From Candidatus Zixiibacteriota bacterium (GTDB taxonomy: Bacteria; Zixibacteria; MSB-5A5; UBA10806; 4484-95), in NCBI GenBank assembly GCA_029932605.1, contig JAOZPT010000002.1:1-15862 (forward strand): 15,862 nucleotides of DNA. Direction: 5' to 3'. A model generated the notes under the pieces. It saw only the letters and a list, made by a program, of their open reading frames with translations, did not search any database and was not told the DNA's origin. The position numbers and the translations under genes are program-made. This document shows, one piece after another, positions 14,969 through 15,862 of the stretch; positions within the stretch are counted from its first letter, which is position 1, and the number at the start of each line of letters is the position of its first letter.

Positions 14969-15862
14969 TTGGTTAAGGCATTAAAATACCTTCTGGCGCA
15001 TACGTTTCTATTGTGTCTTTGTGTGGTTGCAATAGCCGGACCACCCGAGAAACAAGATATTTATTCTAAGAAGATAATCCCTACTGAAGCCGAGAGCCTT
15101 CTAAAAAAGACCGATTCCCTTACATTATACGGCGCCGCAATTTACGATACCTCCGGGTTAACTTCGTTTACCGAGATAATTATAGGTGAAAATGGAACCA
15201 TTAAGGTTAGAACCGACACCGGTCTGGTAGTAATCTCCTTAAAACAGCTTAAATCTATTCTTCCGGAACATATTTCAGGAGAAGCTAATGGCAGAAAGTA
15301 CGATATCACCAGTTGGGGCAAGGATGTGTTTTTAAACGAAGATGAGAGAGTTAAAGGAGATATCATCGTTATAAGCAGTGATGCGATAATCAACGGTACT
15401 GTCGAAGGTGATGTAATAGCAATTGGTGGTAATGTGTATATTAACTCAACGGGATATATTAGCGGTGATGCCATAGCAGTTGGCGGACATGTTGAAAAGG
15501 AGGAGGGAGCTAAAATCATTGGCTCGACCATTCCGATAACTTTACCTTTTTTAATAATACCTCGAAGTCCATTTTATCAAACGTTTCAGATCTTCTTACT
15601 GTTTGTCGTAATCATTGGGATTGTATTTTCAGCATTATCGATTTCGTTATTTCCTAAATCGATAAATTATATAAGCGAGAAACTATCCGTGCACCCTATA
15701 AAATCGTTTTTTCTTGGATATGTCGTATATATAGGGATATTCCTGATCTGGCTTTTACTTTTAGTTTCCTTAATCGGGATTCCCCTGGCTATTTTGGGTG
15801 AACCAATAGCTATTTTAGCACTTGTGGTTCTTGCCTATACCGCCATCAATCGTACATTAGGA
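14969..15862 (+). CDS. Membrane protein with a bactofilin-like beta-helix and several C-terminal TM helices, truncated at the window end
   Basis: Hand translation gives an open frame of 298 codons from TTG 14969: MVKALKYLLAHTFLLCLCVVAIAGPP...DVFLNEDERVKGDIIVISSDAIINGTVEGDVIAIGGNVYINSTGYISGDAIAVGGHVEKEEGAKIIG...LLVSLIGIPLAILG. GGAG at 14954-14957; starts 2 nt after the upstream stop. Confidence 0.85.
   Translation, partial: MVKALKYLLAHTFLLCLCVVAIAGPPEKQDIYSKKIIPTEAESLLKKTDSLTLYGAAIYDTSGLTSFTEIIIGENGTIKVRTDTGLVVISLKQLKSILPEHISGEANGRKYDITSWGKDVFLNEDERVKGDIIVISSDAIINGTVEGDVIAIGGNVYINSTGYISGDAIAVGGHVEKEEGAKIIGSTIPITLPFLIIPRSPFYQTFQIFLLFVVIIGIVFSALSISLFPKSINYISEKLSVHPIKSFFLGYVVYIGIFLIWLLLLVSLIGIPLAILGEPIAILALVVLAYTAINRTLG

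Noticed and set aside
14210..15531. Antisense ORFs 14210-14407, 14404-14649, 14498-14950 and 15142-15531
   Set aside because: They mirror the repetitive plus-strand beta-solenoid genes, which have clear family features.

Overview
Bacterial chromosomal window from a diderm organism (gmhA and an Omp85-barrel protein are present; an FCB-superphylum-like lineage is my inference, not demonstrated). I see no mobile elements, RNA genes or CRISPR arrays. Left, minus strand: a tightly packed probable operon alaS -> group II geranylgeranylglyceryl-phosphate-synthase-family gene -> gmhA -> Wzx-type flippase, probably continuing off the left edge. Middle: an unrecognised 102-aa ORF and lon (+), a patatin-POTRA-Omp85 outer-membrane protein (-) divergent from a TrmH/SpoU methyltransferase (+), and a stand-alone CheY-like receiver behind a sigma28-like promoter. 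Right, plus strand: a SigW-like ECF sigma factor with a candidate autoregulatory promoter and a probable non-AUG start, an exported DUF4097-like beta-repeat protein, and a bactofilin-like beta-helix/multi-TM protein that is absent from the ORF track and truncated by the window edge. The best candidates for undescribed biology are the archaeal-type ether-lipid enzyme embedded in a heptose/flippase glycan operon and the ECF module with no visible anti-sigma factor. All calls come from motif recognition by eye; no searches were run.
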